From Haliotis cracherodii (Eukaryota), in assembly GCF_022045235.1 (NCBI RefSeq), contig NW_027266341.1:39618001-39682000 (forward strand): 64,000 nt of DNA, read 5' to 3'. Position 1 is the stretch's first letter, and each line of letters begins with the position of its first letter. A program made the translations under genes and the position numbers. This document shows positions 1 through 14,900 of this stretch, piece by piece. Under the pieces are notes generated by a model. That model saw nothing but the letters and a program-made list of their open reading frames with translations, ran no database searches and was not told the origin of the DNA.

Positions 1-161
1 AAGTCTGGGATTTACACAACCAGTGGACCATAAGCACAGTTGAGAATTGCAACTTTGTACACTGAGTCCAGTGCCATAGACTTAGTCATGGGTATTGGCA
101 AGACTTTCAAATTGCAATTTATTGCAATAATGATTAATGTGTTTCAATAAAAAACACAATA

Positions 162-1155
162 CCGTATATCGCTGTGTATAAGGCGACCCCACTTATAAGA
201 CGACCCCCCTGTACACGCCTTAAAAATCAACCCAAAATCCTATACTCCGTGTATAAGGCGACCGGGAATCAAACACATCACAAGTCTGACTGATATAGAA
301 GATTTAACGTGCGCTTTCCGACTGTAGCGTATTTCGCACACGGACATCACAAGTTAGTTAGTTAGTTACTTTGGAGATTTAACGTGCGCTTTCCGACTGA
401 TGCGTATTTCGCACACATCACAAGTGCGCACACAAACCTTATATATGCAATAAAAATATGTTTATCTTGCGTTGTTTTTTTCTACAATGATAGGTCGCGT
501 GTGTAACTCCAGCACACGTCGCCATTTTGTGTTTACACGGTACGACACCAAATTGGTGCTCGTAAAATAAAATTCATTTATGAAGTAATAACATATAAGA
601 GACAATGGTGAGTAATTTAATCGCCAATTAACTATGTTGTAACTAACTAGGCTTATGTTTGCTTCACATTCAGCGTGTTTATTCCACAATCACTTGTATA
701 CACCGTCTCCAACACTTGTTAATACAACTGTAAAAACAGCGGGAATTGATTTCAGCTTCACCGGTTATCACATGTTAGGTAACATGTGCAATATGCAAAT
801 GCTTACCGGTACTTCCGGCTCTCTGCTCACGGATGTTGATTGTTTTACCGTGTCAGGTGGTTTGACAATCTGCATCGAGGCGAGGGTCATTTCAACTTTA
901 TTTGCAGAAATTATTAAACTTTATTCAAGGAAAAGAGATACAAATCATGTTTATGTATGGAAATAGTTATTGGAACAGTTATTTAGGACGAAATGCGAAG
1001 TTTTATTGTCAAATGCTGGGCTGGCTATCGGACGCCGGTTGACATCGCCAGTGGAAAAAAATGTGAGATCTTCGACTCCGTGTATAAGACGACCCCCCTT
1101 CTTAGCCCCCTCATTTTAGGTACGAAAAACTCGCCTTATACACAGCGATATACGG
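162..1155. mobile_element. Non-autonomous Tc2/pogo-type DNA transposon (end type A), 994 bp
   Basis: 25-bp TIR CCGTATATCGCTGTGTATAAGGCGA, TA on both flanks, subterminal TATAAGA/GCGACCC repeats, no coding capacity. Confidence 0.9.
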
Positions 1156-1324
1156 TATATTGCATTCTTTAACCCGAAATTTGTTACAAACCTGAATAAA
1201 AATAACCCAAATGGATCTATACATTGGACTTCCCTCATACATTTCTGACAACTTCGTAGTCGTCTGTCATTTGGTTGGATGGTGCTATGGTCTCAACACA
1301 TGTGTAATATACAAATATTATATG

Positions 1325-1960
1325 CAAGGACCCATCTTCCCGAGGAAAAGTAGATAACTGACTCTAAAAGTCCAGTTTCCAACCTTGCCGAATTAGACTG
1401 CAGTTATGGAGTTATATTTTGGCTGAACGAATGTAGTCATAGTCCAATCAAAATCGGAAAACGAACTAGAGTGAGTGAGTGAGTATAGTTTTACGCCGCT
1501 TTTAGCAATATTCCAGCAATATCACGGCAGAGGACACCAGAAATGGGATTCACACATTGTACTCATGGGGAATCGAACCCAGGTGATCGGCGTGAAGAGC
1601 GAACGCTTTAACCACTAGGCTACCCGACCGCCCAAACGAACTAGACATCCTGTTCGTAAACAACATGGATTTCAATGTGCAGATATCGATCGACTACAGG
1701 ATTTGCAAAAGATGTGTACCGTCAACTGGGCGTTGACAGATATTTTCCAAATCTTTTCTCGTTTTTAATCAAGGTGCTCACTTGACTTGATGCACTTGGC
1801 GAGGGTTAGACACGTTTAAGACTCCATTTCATTTGAAGCAAATGTAAGTGATATGAGAGGTGGAATCTGATTGTTCAATAGGAGGGACATAGAAGGGACA
1901 TAACTTGTAATAGCCACAGGTACTTCTCCGATCGAGCCTAGAAACTCCACATTGATCTTT
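1325..1960 (+). mobile_element. Copy of the same TIR element, interrupted by a SINE
   Basis: Shared blocks with the reverse complement of 40280-40745: gacagatat..ttccaaatcttt..cgtttttaa.caagg.gctca, tgatgcacttggcgagggt, gagaggtggaatctgattg. Confidence 0.75.
1471..1633 (-). mobile_element. Full-length tRNA-headed SINE with (ACTC)n tail
   Basis: A box TAGCCTAGTGG, B box GGTTCGATTCC, perfect 12-bp TSD AAACGAACTAGA (1459-1470, 1634-1645). Confidence 0.93.
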
Positions 1961-2941
1961 ACTGAAGTATGTTGACGTCTAATGTCTTTATGATGTCATA
2001 GCACTATTATATCCTCACACCCATAAGGTCCCTTTTCTCCTGGTGAATCAAATATTGTGATACATATTCATTAGTTTTTCAAATCAACTCATTCCCACTG
2101 TAAAAGATATGACTCTCAATCGCTTCATATTATTTCAATTCAATGGATTTTTTGGAATAATGCAAGAAAGATTACCTCAAATGGAGAAACAAATATCAAG
2201 TTCCAAGGATACAATTCATCATTTCAGACATCAATCCTTTTCACTTTGATCCACTGACATTTCCATGTTTTCACTCCAACAACTATGACATTCAGTAATT
2301 GATACTTTGTGGAATGTTTGCAAAAAACCCTCTTATGTTTCGTCACAATTTTGTCAAAACACTCAAAAGTCAGTAGAGCAACAACTTTCAAACCGAGCAG
2401 CAGAACCACAACAACAACTGCCTTACTGGAAGCAGCTTTAGTACAGTCCCAGTTTTAATAGCAATTACACACAACACAATTGATCAAACTCAAGGCTTGT
2501 CTATTTGATGCTATAAATAAGTTAATAATCAGCAGAGTGGCATTTTGGCTTTTGTGTTTAGTGTCAGCTTTTAAAATACTGAACATGCTACATGGTGGAT
2601 CTTTCTGGCTACAAGAATGGCTTATTCTGGTGTTCTGAATTAAAAGAGCTAGATACAATCATTTTTTTAACCACATAAATACACAATAACTTTTTTATTT
2701 TGAATAATACACATACAAATGGAAGAGAAAATTATATCAACAAAATAGGATGCTTGTGCAACAAAAACAAAAAGGCTATTTTTCCTCACTCGGTCCAAAA
2801 AGCTGTAATAATTTATTCACATTTTGAAGGGATGGAAATTTGATTAATATTTTCTTCCAAACATAATCGGGATCCCTAGCCAAACACCTACCATGTCACA
2901 TATCAGAAAAACAACTTGTAACAAATGTTCAAATTACTTAC

Positions 2942-2999
2942 TTTTCTGACAGCCCAAGAGAAGATACTTGTGACTTTTCTTCTTCGTCTTCTGGTTTTG
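2942..2999 (-). CDS. lilli: AFF exon, 58 nt: (A)KPEDEEEKSQVSSLGLSE+AA
   Basis: cttttccaatgtcctttcag|CA AAA CCA...GAA AA|gtaagt. Phase 1-2. Forms the tail of ORF 2938..3156. Confidence 0.72.
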
Positions 3000-5900
3000 C
3001 TGAAAGGACATTGGAAAAGAGGAACCAATTAGAAGGAATCGCTTTACTTTCATAATGGAAGTGTGGTAGGTAAAATGGAAGTCTGACATCAACAGCAATG
3101 GACAAGGAAATCAATATCACGGCCCACATCCAAGAATAGAAAGCAGTATATACCACACAACTCTGAAATTAAAAATTAATTTTGCTGTGTACAAAGATTC
3201 ACTCTTGACATGAATGTAATAGAAAATACAATCGTATACTGATGAAATTTGTTGCTAACTGACAGAAGTTTTATGTGAAAAACTAACATTTACATGAACA
3301 AGTAATGATTTCTCTTATGCAAGAGAATTCTGTTTTTATCATCTATAGGTGGCATTTATGCAAGGAAGACCTGAGCATGATGACAGCAGTTGGTTGTTAG
3401 GTAAACAGAAAGTGTAATAATGGACCAACTGTTGCATGCCCAGGTGTAACAAACCATCCCACAAGTGCCATTCTATCAATCAGATCAAAAGCGTGACTTT
3501 GTTGTGCACCACAATATGTCCGTCATCTATAAAGAGCTAGTGCTCGGGTGATACATCACTGTTCACACTCATTCCCCATGACAGTTCCAAGCCAACCATG
3601 CGACACAATGTCAACAGAAATCACTGCACTGTCAATTAATGTGTATCATGCTCATTTCACCAAACAAAACTTGGAAATCTGTTTCAAAAAAGTATATAGC
3701 CAATTCATGACTAGTTTACTTTTGAGAAGTTAAAATGTGGCATTTCCCTATATACAGTCAAGAAAACTCATTTTTTGTTTTAAACAAATATTTGAAATTG
3801 CCTATAATGCTAAAACTGCTTTGGGCAGAAGTAAATACTAAAACAGAACTTGTCAGTTTCAGCAATCATAATTAACTGATGATCAACGGAAATTAGTTCA
3901 ATGAAAACAACTTATCAAAGTGCAAAATGTTTTTTAAAAACTCCAAATAGAGAGCATACATTCCATACATCAGAGAAATACATCAATGAGCGGATGATTC
4001 ACAGAATAAAACTAACAAGGACCAACATACAGGCTTTCAATAATTAATCAGTACATAATATTCTGAACACATCCTGCAAAGTAAACATAAATTGTTTTTA
4101 ACTGTCATTTTACATTATAGTCAGTTGCACACAAGCTGATAAAGAGTGTGAAGAAATCATAAGAAGCCATACCCCATCTCTAGCCTATCAAAGTATACCT
4201 CAAATCAATACATCGATGTCAATATGATGCTGCTCAATGTTCCCTTTTTCCGGTGTTTCACTCTAACTCCCCATTTACAAGCAACTAGAACAATAATTCA
4301 TAAATCTATGAGCCAATTCTGATATTTTGGCATCAATTACCCTGACAAAAACAGCTTTATATCAATGTTGATTTCCAGCACTGCCACATTTATCAAAATG
4401 GCATGTAATACTAGATTGCATAAATGATGATAAATAATTAATGATGAGACAGAAAATGCTGTCACAATGTCAGTGGAGCTGGACCAGGCTTACTAAGGCA
4501 GGCTATCATTATGGTTCAGAAGAACTTGGGAGCTTCAAGTAGCCATTAGCAAGAGTTATCTCCCTTCCACCTGATGACAATGCAGTTTTGATTGTCAGTG
4601 TAGCAATACTAGCATCAAAGTTGGACTTACTGCCAAAGTATCCTGAAAATATTATTTGCAAATGGAATGCTACAGTCAGACAATAAGTAATTTACACTGG
4701 CTGAATCCTGTTCTTGTCTGTCTGGAATATTGCAACTAATGATTTCATGGCTTCAAAGACTCGTCATATGAAAAAAGTAGCAGTTATTTGTCTGAACGGG
4801 CAAGTATGTAGGACAACCGGTAAACAAGAAATCGCGGCACAGATATGATGCGAACATGCCCTGTTGATCACTTCGGGCTTGGCCATTCAATGTTTAGGTT
4901 TTGATCATGAACCTTCTGCCCATAAATATACACTATACCAACTTAATAGTAACGATTATAGCTATCTTTCCATATATCTTTGATTTGAATATTTTCTGTA
5001 AATCAGCATCATAAACAAAGACAATCTGCACTGTCGGTTGGTATGTAGTGCGCATATAGTGCCGTGCTAAATCGCCATGACACACAGTCGATAAACATTT
5101 GCAATACTTGAACAAAAAACTTCCGTGGCCGACTAAACGTTAGTACTCTTACGCCAAAAACTGTACAGTGGGGACTAGTAAATCTTTCTGACTAGTCCGA
5201 TCAGATTTCTTTTTCAAATTGGCTGTCTAGTTACGTGTATGTGACATGGGTGCATAATATAAAATTGCCTTCATTCGCATGAAGTTCAGCATGGCAGAAA
5301 AAGATCGAGAAGCGTGGTAACCACATTACTAATCTCGCTATATTTCGCAATCCGTAACACTGCATAAAATACGAGTTACACGATATTAACGTTGAGATGA
5401 TTAGGGTGATGATGGTTATAAATTCATTCAATGAACGTCATAAATATAATGGAAATATACACTGTCGTTTTCTCATGTGTACCGACCATTCCGCCATTAC
5501 CGAGAGTCGATAAAAATATACAAAACGTGTAAATAAACTTGTTCATAAAGGAGTGAACAGAATTGTAGTTACATGAATAAGTATACATGAATACACAATG
5601 CCATTTAGAAAGTGGTCAAATGTAACTAGTGTTATATTTGGGATAACACTTTCTTAGTAAAGTACAGATTCTAGTACTTTTTTGGGTTGAGTCCCGTCCG
5701 GGATTCGAACCCACGCCTGCCAGGGTGAGGCACCTAATCGCCAGCACACAAAGTCAGCGATCTCACCCACTCAGCCACCGAGGCTTCCACAAAAATGGAA
5801 GTCCGACAACTGGTAGTCTAGATCACGTACTTGGAGTACCCCCCTGACAATCGTAAATTTTTCCTTGTAAGACCTCATCCCGGGTATGAGGTTTTATTTT

Positions 5901-8900
5901 TTCCAAAAAAGACCTGGTATGAGGGGTTTTTTCCTGGTAAGACCACTTGCACAAAGCGATCTTAGTGTTACAACTATTGTAAGCCTATGTTAAAGTATGG
6001 GAGTTACGATCATCTTAACGCTAAGATCGCTTTGTTCAAGTGGGCCCTGGTATGAGGTTTTACTTTTTCTTAGTAAGACCTGATGATTTGAGTAGTAGAT
6101 GAAATTTCCAAGGAAAACATCCAATGTGAAAACATGAAAAAACGTCCAATGTTCTAAAATTGAAGACAAGAAATGCAAGTTTTCATCATGGATGACAGGA
6201 ATCTAACTTACAAACTCGCATATCATGTTTAGTTTTGTAACCCACTGTTTTCCTTCCGAGCCACCGGGACAGTTGATGAAAAGTTGTTCAAATTTACATG
6301 TCATGAAACCAGTTACATTGTCAATACCCTCTTGCCTCAGTCTTACTTCCTTGACCATAACCTCAGAGTCATGCTTTATCCTTCACAAAGTTTAAGCACA
6401 TCTATCAGTGAGTGAGTTGGGTTTAACGCCGCTTTTAACAGTATTACAGCCTGAAGTGATGCAGGTCTCAGACGTTTACCACTTCGGTGAAACCCACGAG
6501 CACGGGAAAGTGCTGACAAACCTAGAAACATAATCGGGGCGAACCGGGAATCGAACCCACAATCATAGGTTTCTGGCGTGCCCAAGGGACGCAACTCTGC
6601 GCCTTAGGCGACTGGGCCTTCCGTGCCCCCCATCTATCAGTGAATATTAGAAGCTGACTAATTAAGCCATTCTTCATGCGCATCTAATGAAGACACTCTA
6701 TGACAGACAATCAATACAGGGCAAACTCGGTTGTACACAGGTTCTGCGTGCAAGTATTCTTGTAAACAGATATTGATGGCATTTTCACTGACATGAAACT
6801 CATCCAAATCTAGATTTCTCAATCATGACTTGAGAAAATTAGAATAAACAAAGATGCCATGCCAGTATGTTTACGACCTAACCTGATATACAAACATAAT
6901 TAAATGTAACAGAAACCTTGAGCTAGCCTTAATAAGGTCAGGGAAGCTAATAACAAGGCAGTGATAAGCATTGTTTGACAAATGTACAATTATAACAGTC
7001 AATCTTGGCTTCATTAACAATGTCGAAGAAATTCTACATACACATTGAAAAATGACACATACAAATGATTATAAATACATTCAACATTACACTTATGGAT
7101 GTGATAAATGAAACACAATGCATCAGAACTGAAATTAGTGAAAACAATGAATAATTCATTTGCTTAATCATTTATTAGAAAAAGAAGACATGGTACTGAA
7201 TCACATAATGCAAATTATGCACACATAAATCAGAGCTGTCCCTTATCAAATCTTCACTTCACACCTCCAACAGTAATGTTTTTGGCATAAATCAGGTCAT
7301 TCCCAAACTTTAATACCATTTCCTTTGTCGTCAATGGTGTTTCTTTCCCTATTCATTCTCCTGCCTCTAAGCCTCCTTAATCCAAGCATTCAAGCCAGAG
7401 AGGTCCTGAGTATCAATATTAGGCTGTGCTCAGTTGGAAACCTACCCACCCACACCCACACCCACACCCACCCACCCACACCCACACACACATACCTAAT
7501 CTCTCACTCACAATGTTGTACTTAAACCAAATAAGCAAAGACGCTTTAATATATTTTATTGTGGTAAACCAAGCACAGATCCATTTTTATACTAAGCACA
7601 TAAAAAGCATTTATTGCTGGATTCAGCTTTCTGACATATTTATTGTACATTTGGGTTGCATTAAGAACATTTCATCTCCATCATACTAACATATGATAAA
7701 ATCTCTTAATAGCTCCTGCCACAGTTAGTGGTCTCGTATCCATGGAAACAAGCATCAACATTTTTCAACAGTTGTAGCATAAAAGCAATTTTAGGCCATT
7801 AAGGCAGACATTTTCTGGTCTATCAGTGAGAAACCATTGTACATTTGTTTCTCTGGAACCATGATATTTTCATGCTATATTCATTACTGCTGTCATGGTG
7901 GTTGTAAATTTCTCTTGTTGCTGAATTACTGTCGAGAGTTTTTAAATGACAAAACTCAATAAAATCACTACATCAGATGAGAAAAAGCATAATTGTAAGA
8001 TAATGCTGATGTCACATGGTAACAAAGGGAGCTGATAGATTAGGAAAGAAAATTAATGGTAACATAATGTGCATATGAATATAAAACAATGAAGCCTTGT
8101 TAATTAAATATATCAAGCTATTCGGGAGTGAGGTGAAATGGGGTTTTATGTTGTGTTCAAGGCTGTTTCACTTACACAGCAACATGCATGTACGTGTAGG
8201 TGGGTGGCTGCTTTTACTAGTCCAGTGATTGATATTATGAGCATCAATCCACGCAATTGGGATACGATGACATGTATCAACCGAGTCAGCGAGCCTGACT
8301 ACCTGATCACATTAGTCTTGCAACAAGCATGGGTTGCTGAAGACCAATCCTAACCAGTGTCTTCCCAGGGTACTTAAATAGTGACAGTCACTTGAATATG
8401 GAGTACACCTACCATGTCCACTATACGCAATTGAGTGAAATCAAACAGTAGTATCAACTGGGTTAGGGAATCTAGTAAAGGCATGTAAGGCCAGACTATT
8501 GTTTGAAACTTGGTTTATGAATCTACTGACTCAAAAAGAATTGAAATGTGAAAAGCCAAAAAACAAAAAGCAATGGATTGTTTTATTCCTCCAACCAGAA
8601 ACCAAAAAGATGTAGAACAAAACACAATTCATTTGTAGTTGTTATCAACAAACAATTTAAAATACCATAATTAAAACATGTTGACAATTCGCCTTTTATT
8701 GCATTAAACATCCAATCCAGCCTAGATATTTGTTGTTTCTTTCCCTATTCTTCTTCACATCACTGCCCGTCTTTATAGTAATTTAGAAATTATTAGCTAA
8801 GCAGCCAATTTTTTCCTTACTAGGTCATAGAGCCAAGGCCTGACAAAAATAAGGTTGTCAATTTCCTTCCACTGGCCGAATCTCAGTGACTTGCATGGGG

Positions 8901-11900
8901 AAGTAGATTGGCTCTGTTTAAGGCAAATTCATTATTTGCATCGGGGGTTGGTAACCAACTGGGCTACCACCAGAGGGCCAAAACTTTGCACACCTTCGAT
9001 GTCCTCAAGAGTCACATCGCACAGATAATGACTAGCAAAAACTGTGTCGGTCCTCCAAAAGTATCCTTCCATGATCGTTCTTATAGAACAGTTGCTGTGC
9101 GACGCCATGGTAGAGGCTAGCACCCTGATCTCGTGAGGATTTTTCGCTCTCGAAGAATCCAGATTGGCGATCTCGTAAGCCTTAAGGATAACTGCACGTA
9201 ACCATAGGGATATGGTGTTGTGACTAACATCAGTTGTGGACGTAGGAGACAGGCGTTTAAATAACCGCTTCCTCGAACCACGCCTAGTCTTGGAGTGGTG
9301 GATGAAAACTCGAAGTGCTCGCACCAAGCACCAGAGAAGTTCACCCTCACCTTCGCTCCCCCAATTGTCAATATTGCTATAAAATCCCAGGACAACCCAA
9401 GATGTACTGCTCCGTGCATCCCATGCTCAAAGCGCATGCAGCTTGCTCACCCGTGCCACTGTGGCTGAAGCCAAGAAAAATACTATTTTTTTGGTGATGT
9501 CATAAAATGATAAAATGAGAAGGGGGGGGGGCTCGCAAATTTCAAAGTACCACTTTCAAGTCCCAAGCAGGGGGGCCTTCTGATCCTCAAGCCTGAATGA
9601 GCGTAGTAGGGCCTGTAGTAACTAAAGTCCTATGACCTTAAGTCATCTTGCGATTTTCCGGAGCGACCAACACTGAGTTAAGTGAAACCTAGTACGTAGT
9701 AATGGTGCTACTTTTACAGTGTCTTTGGGTACGCAAATGTAGGAGGTAGTCGTCTAGGAATTGTGGTGACACAGTCATGGGGTCTTGATTTTTTGCTTTG
9801 CAAAAAGTCTCAAATGGTCCCCACTTGTCATCATATAGTCCTCTGGTAGAGGTGAGGTGAGGTGAAATGGGGTTTAACGTCGCGTCCAAGATTATTGCAC
9901 TTATATAGTGACATGTCCTCTGGTAGAGGGACGATGAGCTTAAGCTATAGCTTTTGCTGCCCGTGCTGAAATAGCCCTTCACACTTAACAACTTTATAAG
10001 ACGAACCAAGCGTGCAGACAAAATTTGTCTGGCATTGGGTGAGGCAATTTGCTGTGAGGGTGGATAAGTAGGTTGGACCACTGTGGGAGGGGAAAGGGAT
10101 CGTCTTCTGCTAGATTTCTGAGTTCAACGAACCACTCTCTCGCCAGCCACGAGGGCGTGACCAAAGTCAGAGCAAGATTCCTTGTCTCCTTGATCTTTTG
10201 TATCACCTTGGGAAGTGGAACAGGTGGCATTCACTTTTAGCCCCTCCCAAGGGATGCTGAACATGTCCACCGCCCAAGTCACCGGTAATGGGGAGACATA
10301 CATCATAAGTTGGCGGTTTTGGCACAGAGCAAACAGGTCAATGTTTGGTTGCCCAAACTTCTGAAGCAGTAGCTGGAATGCTTCTGATTGAAGTTTCCAC
10401 TCAATGGGAGCCACCCTGTCTGGGCACAATAACGCATCGATAAAGCATGTTTCGACATCCAGGGATGTGCTTAACTATGAATTGTAGTTCTAGACGATCC
10501 TCTAGATGGAAAAATCTAAATGTCTGTTGAAGCAGGGAGTGTGAGTGTGTTGTTCCCTGATTGCGCAGGAACCACACCACAGTGCTGTTGTCTGTGCATA
10601 TTGCGAGTTGGGCGGACTTGAACTGATTCTGCCAATGGGATATGGCCAGAATTAACGCTTTCAAGTTGTTTAGGTGCCACCTATGATGAGCACCGAACCA
10701 TAGCCCTGAGGCTCTTTGGCCCTGCAGGTGCGCACCCCATCCCTGAAGGGCGGCATCTATGAACAGGTGTAGACTCAGGAATAACCCAGATGAAGAAACT
10801 CCTCCTAAGCCATTCAACTCCACCTTGCCACCAATTGAGGTAAGGTCTTAGATGTGCCAGTATAGTGATGGCCTTGAGTGGATCCTGACGCCTGATGTAA
10901 GGGTTCAGGATTTGTTGAATTGGGCGCAGCTGTAATCAGCCTCTGCTGGATAGTCCTGTGCCGAAGTGAGTAATCCTAGCAACACTTGCCATTGGTGAAG
11001 TGTGTGTGGTTGGTGTAGCATGGGTGACAAGAGGTGTAGGATTTTGTGCCATCTGTCCCTCAGTACTGATAGAAGATGCTGGTCTGTCTGGAGCAGGCCT
11101 CCTATGAACTGGAGTCGAAAGGATGGAGTTAACTCTGACTTCGCCTCGTTGATTATCCATCCCAATTGATATAGTAGCTGTCTGGTGAATTCCCGGTTGC
11201 ATACTAACTTCGGCGTGTGTTGATGACGCAGAAGACTGTCGTCTATGTACGACTTGAACCAAATGTTCCTCAGGTGTAGAAAAGCAGTAATTTGCTTCAT
11301 TATTCGTGTAAATAGCCACGGGGCCACTGAAATGCCAAATGGGAGAACTGCCCATTGGTAGTGAACCCCATTGAACTAGAACCTGAGGAACCAGCGGTTG
11401 AAGGTAAGGATAGGTACAAACAGGTCGGCATCCTGCAGGTCGAGACTGATCAAAGAATTGAACGCCTTGATGCTGGTTCTGAGCAGTCTCAACATGGTGA
11501 GGCGGAAGTAAGGTGGACGCTTCAGGTAACATTCGTTGAACAAGGAGAGATTGTCTGAGTCCTTCTTGGGTACCAGGAAGATGTGAGAATAGAAGCCAGG
11601 TGTTAACCCTGGGGTGCGTTGAATTTAAATAGCAAATGTTGCTTCCTTTGATAATTCCAATGGAGTGGACCTGTGGTCTATGGAGAAAGTATCTCTACGT
11701 CTACATGACAACCGTGACGTAGTACGTTGAGAACGTAATCGTTCTTGAGGATGCTCCAGTTCTTCAAGAACTGATTCAGTCTCCTGCCTACGGGGAAGTT
11801 GACAATTGGGACAGCTGGGGGCGGGAGTTCCTAGTCATGACTGTCCAACACTTCAGTGTTTACCCCTCTTATCACCTCCTCTGCCCTGGATTTACCACAA

Positions 11901-14900
11901 CCGGACTGACAAGAACCTTGAGGTTTTACTCTGCCATGCCCTTTCCCTACAAAAGTACTCCTGGTCTTGGCCGTCCTTGAGAGACGCGTGTCTAGGCTTA
12001 TAATTGCCTGGCTTGCCAGATCGCTGGGATAGACTTTGAGAGATGTGCTCTAGAGCCTTGAGTGTTGTCTCATCCCAAAAGTAACTGGAAACTTTGGCGT
12101 GCTGGTCTGTGATCTGTTCATTGAACAAAGAAGAAGATGACGAGGGTTGCCGTAGCCAAGTCTGCTTGTGACAGTAATCTCCACCAGAGCAGCTTTGAGA
12201 TGATTCCTCTGGTAGTCAATCTGACACAGTTGGGAAGTCCACTATAGTTTGGATATGATATGCCATATTTTCTTGAGTATCGTGCATACAAAAGTATAAT
12301 GCATACCCCCACTAGCGGATTCAGTATTTACGAAAAAAATTAATTAAAATATTATTAGCAGAAAAAAATTACACCGGACCCTTTCAGTGAATTCTGGTAA
12401 TCAAACGGGTGAAAAGAAACTAGATCAGTACAAATTTGAAATTAGAGACACAAAATCACCAGATATGTTGATCCTGCATCTAAATTATATTTTTTGTTCT
12501 GCTAGGCATTGTTTTACATCCATGGACTAAGATTATCTTGCGTATTTTCTCGTAAACTAAGACGAAAACAGCAATCAACTGTACACTCCTTTTCTTGGAA
12601 TCTGACGGTGATTCGGTTAAAACTTACCAAATTGATATAACTTTAAGGATTTTAATGCAGGAATCGGAAAAAATTGTATCTGAAACTATCTTTTTATCAG
12701 GAATAATATATTCCAATGTCATGTTATTTTAGTTTAGTTTAATTAAATATATTTCAAATAATAATAACCCAAAGAGTAGAACTTCGGTGCAGCTGATTGC
12801 GATTGCCGGTTATTATTTTCACATGGAACAATTGGACCAGTCACCGTCGAAGCTCCTGTGCACATGGTTACGAGAACTATGTGTTGACACAGAATTGTCA
12901 AACTACAACGAATATGACTTTTAACGAGTCAAAGTATGGCATTTATGATATATGTATCCATTCTCTGTCAGCTAAAGTCTGTTTTAAGGCGTCAATAGCG
13001 GTAATCTGAGTGGTTGCTGTTAATATAGTGAGTCATGCAATCTTCTGCTTGCTTCACACATGATTTCGCCACAATTAATTAAAATGATATTAAAGGGAAT
13101 TTTGAATAAAATTAATGTAAGTCCATAAACATAAGTCCAGATATTCAATGAACAATTTTTATAACCTGACAATGTAATTACATGATTAATAATCTGTACT
13201 TCAGTACAGATTTGTTGACATGGTATTTCCGGTGTTATGTGCTCACGGTATTGTCTTTGCTTTGGGGGGGAAAAAAAACATCAAACTCATTATGGCATGT
13301 ATAATGGGCACCCCTTGCACACTGTACTCAAGAAAATATGTTGTCCTCTGATAGATCCTGCTCTACCACACATGTTGACGATGCTAGTGCTGACAAAGGT
13401 TTCAATACCCGTCTGATTTCCGTTTCAATAAATCTGGTATCCTGTACCTTAAGGGTGGTTGGCCTTGACGAGCCTGTCATCCTTTGTATGCTTTCATCCA
13501 AACTAAGAGCTAGGTCTGGTACCACAAACGCATGGATAGGAAACTCATCCTTCCTAAACTTGGGTGGTTTAAATGATGGCGCAAGTGGTCTTCATCAAAT
13601 GACCTAGTCATATCTGTCAGCATAGGGTCGATAGGAATCGATGTAGGATGCGACCACAAGGTGTCCTTTTTATCCACCCCATTACCAAGGGAAGGCGCCA
13701 CTGACGAGATGGTCCCCTACATAATCGGGTACTGGCGCTAAGCCGAGATGCATATTCCATTCTACCAAGGAATCGTCATTTGATGAGTCTGACAAGTCAG
13801 AACAATGTTGATGTGTTCGCCTAGATGGTGATTGGCTTCTGCTCCGGTGTGTAGTGCTACCTCTGATAGAGGGCTTGGATGAGCCACCTGGTGAGAGGGA
13901 GTCATGCACCGATGTCCATGTACGCTCTGGGTTACTAGCGCTGCTCAGCGATGAATGTGCTGTACAGTGTTCCCTCGCTATTGCGTTCTTCGATATAGTG
14001 CTAAATCAGTTATAGTGTGCGGTAAACCATGGCTCCCAAAATTTACTAACATTTTTAATCAAGTTTTCAGGATGTTTTCCCCATTTCAGAAAACATTATC
14101 AGCCGATCACCAGAAATATCAGTCAACAAATCCAAACTGAAGTACGCAATAATTCTTATTATTATAATATCTGGTTATAAAAGAATTTGTTTATTGTTTA
14201 TCTGGACTAATGTTTGCAATATATTTTATTAACTTTATTCAAAATTTCATTCAATAATTATATTAATGTTTACAATAATTTCGGACGTTAAGTACAGCAA
14301 CCACGGTCCGATTACCGCTATTGATGCCTTGAAACGAACTTTAGTTGCAAGAGAATGGATACATATATCATAAATGCTGTACCATGACTCGCTAAAAGTC
14401 ATATTTGAGGCAGTTTGACCATCAAATGTCAACATACGGTATTCGCAATCAAAATAGATGTAGCACTGAATCACCAGTAGATTGGGAGGAAACGTGTGCA
14501 CAGCTGATTGCTATTTGTGGTTTAGTTTACGAGAAAATACACAAGGTAATCTTAATCTCTGCATATAAAATAATGGGTTTGTTGGTCATTTACCACCTAC
14601 CACTCAACGTCAGTTAAACCGCTGATCATCTGTAACGCTCATCAATTATTTGGACCCCGAAGGAAGCGTTGTAGCGAGGGATCACTGTACCAGGACATGC
14701 AATAGGCATATTGTAGGACGTTAGGTGCCGGGGGAGGCGCCAAGCCTTGTGTCATTGTTGTAGCTGACACTGGGGTCTGGTACATTGGCAAAAGGGTGGG
14801 ATACAGGTATGCCATAGACTGCTGCCACATGAACTGTATGAAGTTTTGCATCCAATTAGTGTTCTGGAACAGTGTTGATGCCTGAGCGTGCATCGGCTGC

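Noticed and set aside
5858-6090. Short direct repeats with spacers (CRISPR-like look); also 298-425
   Set aside because: The repeats are irregular and degenerate, in a eukaryotic transposon context with no cas genes.
7317-7389. MLGLRRLRGRRMNRERNTIDDKGN(G): resembles the AFF4 start MNRE and could splice in phase 1 to exon 2999
   Set aside because: The donor (gtatta) is weak, the similarity is only 4 residues, and the true N-terminal homology lies at 38219-38327.
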